Assembly (NCBI RefSeq): GCF_009914755.1 | Contig: NC_060945.1 | Origin: the human T2T-CHM13v2.0 reference genome, Homo sapiens | Reading direction: 5' to 3' (one strand) | DNA: 64,000 bases | In this document: positions 59,423 to 64,000 of the stretch, piece by piece | Layout: each line of letters opens with the position of its first letter | How positions within the stretch are numbered: the first letter of the stretch is position 1 | Made by a program: the position numbers and the translations under genes | The notes under the pieces: generated by a model | What the model was told of the DNA's origin: nothing | Database searches by the model: none | The model's input: the letters and a program-made list of their open reading frames with translations, nothing else

Positions 59423-60196
59423 AGACACATGAAAAAATGCTCATCATCACTGGCCATCAGAGAAATGCAAATCGAAACTACTATGAGATATCATTTCACA
59501 CCAGTTAGAATGGCAATCATTAAAAAGTCAAGAATCAACAGGTGCTGGAGAGGATGTGGAGAAATAGGAACACTTTTACACTGTTGGTGGGACTGTAAAC
59601 TAGTTCAACCATTGTGGAAGACAGTGTGGAGATTCCTCAAGGATCAAGAATTAGAAATACCATTTGATCCAGCCATCCCATTACTGGATATATATGCAAA
59701 GGATTATAAATCATGCTGCTATAAAGACACATGCACATGTATGTTTATTGTGGCACTATTCACAATAGCAAAGACTTGGAACCAACCCATATGCCCATCA
59801 ATGATAGACTGGATTAAGAAAATGTGGCACTTACACACCATGGAATACTATGCAGCATAAAAAAATGATGAGTTCATGTCCTTTGTAGGGACATGGATGA
59901 AGCTGGAAACCATCATTCTGAGCAAACTGTTGCAAGGACAGAAAACCAAACACCACATGTTCTCACTCATAGGTGGGAACTGAACAATGAGAACACTTGG
60001 ACACAGGATGGGGAACATCACACACCAGGGCCTGTCATGGGGTGGGGAGAGAGGGGAGGAATAGCATTAGGAGATATACCTAATATAAATGACGAGTTAA
60101 TGGGTGCAGTACACCAACATGGCACATGTATACATATTTAACAAACCTGCACGTTGTGCACATGTACCCTAGAACTTAAAGTATAATAATAATAAT
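59423..60196 (+). mobile_element. 5'-truncated L1PA with perfect 17-bp TSD
   Basis: TSD aaagagtaatgtatggc at 59406-59422 and 60197-60213; ORF2 C-terminus [15 protein letters not shown]...MEYYAA. Confidence 0.95.
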
Positions 60197-60564
60197 AAAG
60201 AGTAATGTATGGCTTGAAACGGTATATTTAATGGAACATGAGTTGGGTCTAACAAAAAGCTTAAGAAATGTTAATCTAAAATCTCAATGTTAAGATTCCA
60301 GTTGAATGATACTAGAAAATATATTGTAACCCTCTTTGCTACCGATGACCTATTTCTCTTTTATTTCCTCTTTAATTATGGCATAATTTCTCAACATAAC
60401 ATGTCAAAACTTATACAACCTTAAATATTAACAAATAATACAATGTAAGCAATATTTTAAATACAATATTTAATGATTAGATACATTAGGTTTATTATAT
60501 TACTTATAAAATTCCATTATATAAAAATTCATTTGTTTATTTATTCAGATTAAACAACTATTAA

Positions 60565-60862
60565 GGCTGAATGTCTCATGTCTGTAACCCCAGCACTTTG
60601 AGAGGATGAGGCGAGCAGAACACTTGAGCCCAACAGTTAAAGAAGAGCCTGGGCAACAAGGCAAAACCCTATCTCTACAAAACTCAGCCCAGCATGGTGA
60701 CACAGGTCTATGGTGACATAGCTCTATTGTTTCAACTACTTGGATGGCTGAGGTGTGAGGATCACCTGAGCCTAGGAAATGGAGATCGGAGTGAGCCAAG
60801 ATCTCACTAGTGCCCTCCAGCCTGGGTGACAGAGTGAAACCCCATCTCAAAAAACAACAAGT
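60565..60862 (+). mobile_element. AluJ-like
   Basis: Diverged dimer. Confidence 0.82.
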
Positions 60863-61039
60863 AAAATGCTTCTTACATGGAAGACTGTATTCTAGGTACT
60901 CCAGGATACACACAAATATGTTTACTGACCTCCAGTAGCTTATGGTATGCAGGAGCTTCCAATGATCATTTAAAAAACTAAATAGAAAACCTTCTGACAT
61001 TCAAACTTTCAGAATATGATATAAGGACTTTGAGTGGTT

Positions 61040-61217
61040 ATTTTATTTTATTTTATTTTTTAAGATGTAGTCTTGCTCTGTCACCCAGCCTACAGTGCAA
61101 TGGTGCGATCTTGGCTCACTGCAATCTTTGCCTCCTGGGTTCAAGCGATTCCCCTGCCTTGGCCTCCTGAGCAACTGGGATTACAGGCATGCACTATCAT
61201 GCCTGGATAATTTTTGT

Positions 61218-61250
<33 letters not shown>

Positions 61251-61364
61251 GACAGGGTCTCACCATGTTGGCCAGGCTGATCTTGAACTCCTGACCTCAG
61301 GTGATCTACCCACCTCGGCCTCCAAAAGTGCTGGGATTACAGGTGTGAGCCACCACTCCTGGCC
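61040..61364 (-). mobile_element. Alu (S-like) with long internal poly-T
   Basis: Antisense Alu; FLAM-like fragment also at 61615-61720. Confidence 0.9.
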
Positions 61365-62307
61365 AAGTAAATATTTTAAATAAACTACAATGACAAAATT
61401 ATGATGATAAAGACTTACCATATTGATATTAAGAGTCTCTGCTTCTAGAACTGGTTATTTGCAGGAAAATACATGTTATTCAATTAGATGAAGTGTTTTA
61501 TATAAACTCTTCATGGACAACTCATAAATCACATAAAAATCCCTTTGAAATACAAATCTTGAGAACATAAATTTAAATTTCTACATTTCCACAATTTATA
61601 TTTTTAAATCAGATACAATGTTGCCCAGGCTGTTCTCAAACTCCTGTGTTCAAGCAATCTTACTGTCTCAAACTCCCAAGTAGCAGGGACTACAGGTGTA
61701 CACCACCAAACTCAGCTATTTTTCTACAATTTTTAATACTTTTTTAGTCTCACTACAGAACCAATAATATAAGTAGAGAAACAATCTCTCCTAAAAACTA
61801 TATGACACCAAAATGATAAGTTTCCAAGAACAAAAGCTATATGCTATGTGCTGAACATTTCTGCCACTAAAAATTACCAGGAGGATTCCATGATTACTGC
61901 AAACAATTTGATCCACTGAAGATTTATACAGGAATAAATATTAAGAAAGTCACACTCGTATGATTTAAAAGTCAAAGTAGTAGTATTTATCCAAATAAAC
62001 TTTAACCAAATTTCATATTTCCTCTATTGGAGAAAGCATTTCCTAATGTGATTTTCCTGTGACTACTTGTTTTCCAGTTCATTTATTTTTCAGCTCCCAC
62101 CCTGTCACAGTACTTACCAATCTTTATTAGTTACCAAAGTTAAACACATTTTTTGAATCAACTAGCCATGTGTATGTTTTTCTCTGACCAGCTTTCCATT
62201 ACCACCATAAAACAATGATAGGTAAACCACTGCTAAAATTGAAAAGTAAATACTATGCAAAACTACACTCAGAGTGAGAAGATTAATTTTACAAGAGACC
62301 ACTTTAC

Positions 62308-62377
62308 CTTAGTAGCAACACTCAAGTCTTCATCATCCAATGTAGGCAATGAATCCACACACAGTTCATGCAAAATG
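62308..62377 (-). pseudogene. ANKRD20A-like exon, 70 bp, intact (ILHELCVDSLPTLDDEDLSVATK)
   Basis: Minus strand ctctcaag|cattttg...gctactaag|gtaaag; open frame. Confidence 0.88.
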
Positions 62378-64000
62378 CTTGAGAGCAAAAATACACAATG
62401 AAAATGAGCAAGTTGATTTCTTTACAATTTTTTTAACTGCCAGTTTATATCCAGCTTCCCCCTCAAAAAAAGGAAAACATAATCTGGGGAAAGGTCAGTG
62501 ATCTATATATTAAATTATGATTCTTGATATAATTAAAATATGTCCTCTGTTCTAAAAATAGATTTTAGTTACCTATTTCTGCCTCCACCTGTCTAAATCT
62601 ATAAAATATTCAATGAAAACTTACCTTGAGGTTTATAACAAATAGTGACAGTCAATATATTGGCAGAGCCTGACAATAATGTGCCCTCACAAATTATCTG
62701 TCCTGAAGCTGAACTTAAAATTCAATTAATGGATGACATAAATTTTGTTCCCTAAACTGGAATAAAACTGATGACCTAAAACAAGGTAGAAAGATCCACT
62801 GTCTCTTTTCTGTGATCTGTCTCTGGATAAAAGACTAATCTACATCACTTCAAAATGGTAGTCTTGATTCCTCAGCATGGATCCAACTTAGGAAGGTCCT
62901 ATTGCTTTCCTTTACCCTAAATTGGTACAGGAAAGCCCCCACAATATTTGAAATGTATGAAAGCTAAATGTACAGAAGTCAAATAGCAAAGGTGTATGTT
63001 CTTACTGAGAATACTTTTCCCAGAAATATTAAAATATTAACAATTATAAAATCCCATTATTTTCACTCTATAGGTCCTACCTTATTCAGGTCCACATAAA
63101 CTAGCAAGCCCTTAAAAATTTTCATAGGCACTCAGACACCCAAGGAGAGAGACTGCGAGGAAAGAAACAGAGTCATGATAGTTGTACCTCTATTTCCCTA
63201 AGTACTATCTAAGTATATTTCTTCCTATGGACACCCACTTCCAGATTCTACTACTGCAGGGTTCCACAGAAGTCTCCAATCTTCAAATCTTCAGTGTATG
63301 AAAGCACAGATTCCTGAAAGAATGGCCTCAAATGACCAGGAGTAGGAGCTCTCTATATCCCTGCTCCTGAAAAACAAGCTAACTGGAGTCTCCATCACCT
63401 GCCACCAGCTATACACACTACCAACTACCCAAATGAACTCCATGACTGATTTGCCAGCTAATCATGCCCCTGACCCAGCCCACATGGACATGGGAAGGAC
63501 ATCAGTGAACTGTGAAAAGAGGCAGAGGTGAGGAGACACCTGTCCTGTGCCACACATCTATGTAGTTCAGCAATTTCCAGCCCCTTAGTACTCCAGGGGC
63601 TCTAAGCCACCCCTTTGTAAGTCAGGATGGAAGTAGATGACACCACATTTCTATCTGCTGTAGACATTCTTCCCAGTGTCTCAAAATGTTTTGGCATCTT
63701 TCAGTAAAAATCTTCAAGTTTGTCAGTCCTTGATTTAAAAAAAAAAAAGCAGCAAAATTTTTAGAGCTCCCTTGAACCTTCTATTTTAATGTGCCTTTGT
63801 AGATAATTCCCAACATCTTGTGTCCTTCATTTTTATAATTTATCTTTATCAAACTTGTCATAAACCCCAATACTTTGATCTCTTGTAGAAGAGTCCGTAC
63901 TCCTATCCAGTCTAGTGTTGTTTATCTTCAAACTTGGACTTCCCCTGCTCATTCCATTCTTATCTACTTCCATTGGGTTCACCAGCTAATTCCATTCTCA

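Noticed and set aside
59414-59860. 148-aa ORF
   Set aside because: C-terminal fragment of L1 ORF2 in a 5'-truncated insertion.

Overview
This is primate, very probably human, genomic DNA typical of a pericentromeric segmental duplication. It is not microbial, and I see no intact protein-coding gene or new biological system in it. From about 21.3 kb to 62.4 kb the minus strand carries the 3' part of an unprocessed ANKRD20A-type pseudogene (ANKRD26/ANKRD18/CCDC144 family); its ankyrin exons would lie beyond position 64000. Five upstream exons are intact and in frame. Most later exons carry frameshifts, stops or a mutated splice donor. The 12.2-20.4 kb block is a compact mosaic: a MaLR LTR fragment fused to a 48-bp CER satellite array, two arrays of a ~15-16-bp 'CCCCACTGACCAGG' motif, an internally deleted MST provirus, a processed SNX18 pseudogene with an inverted internal duplicate, and a ~350-bp palindrome (REP522-like). 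The rest is Alu, L1, L2, LTR and Tigger repeats, including a near full-length Tigger1. Most ORFs in the supplied track derive from repeats or have no recognisable product. Gene and repeat family names come from recall, not database searches. Repeat boundaries are approximate; exon boundaries were read from AG/GT sites.
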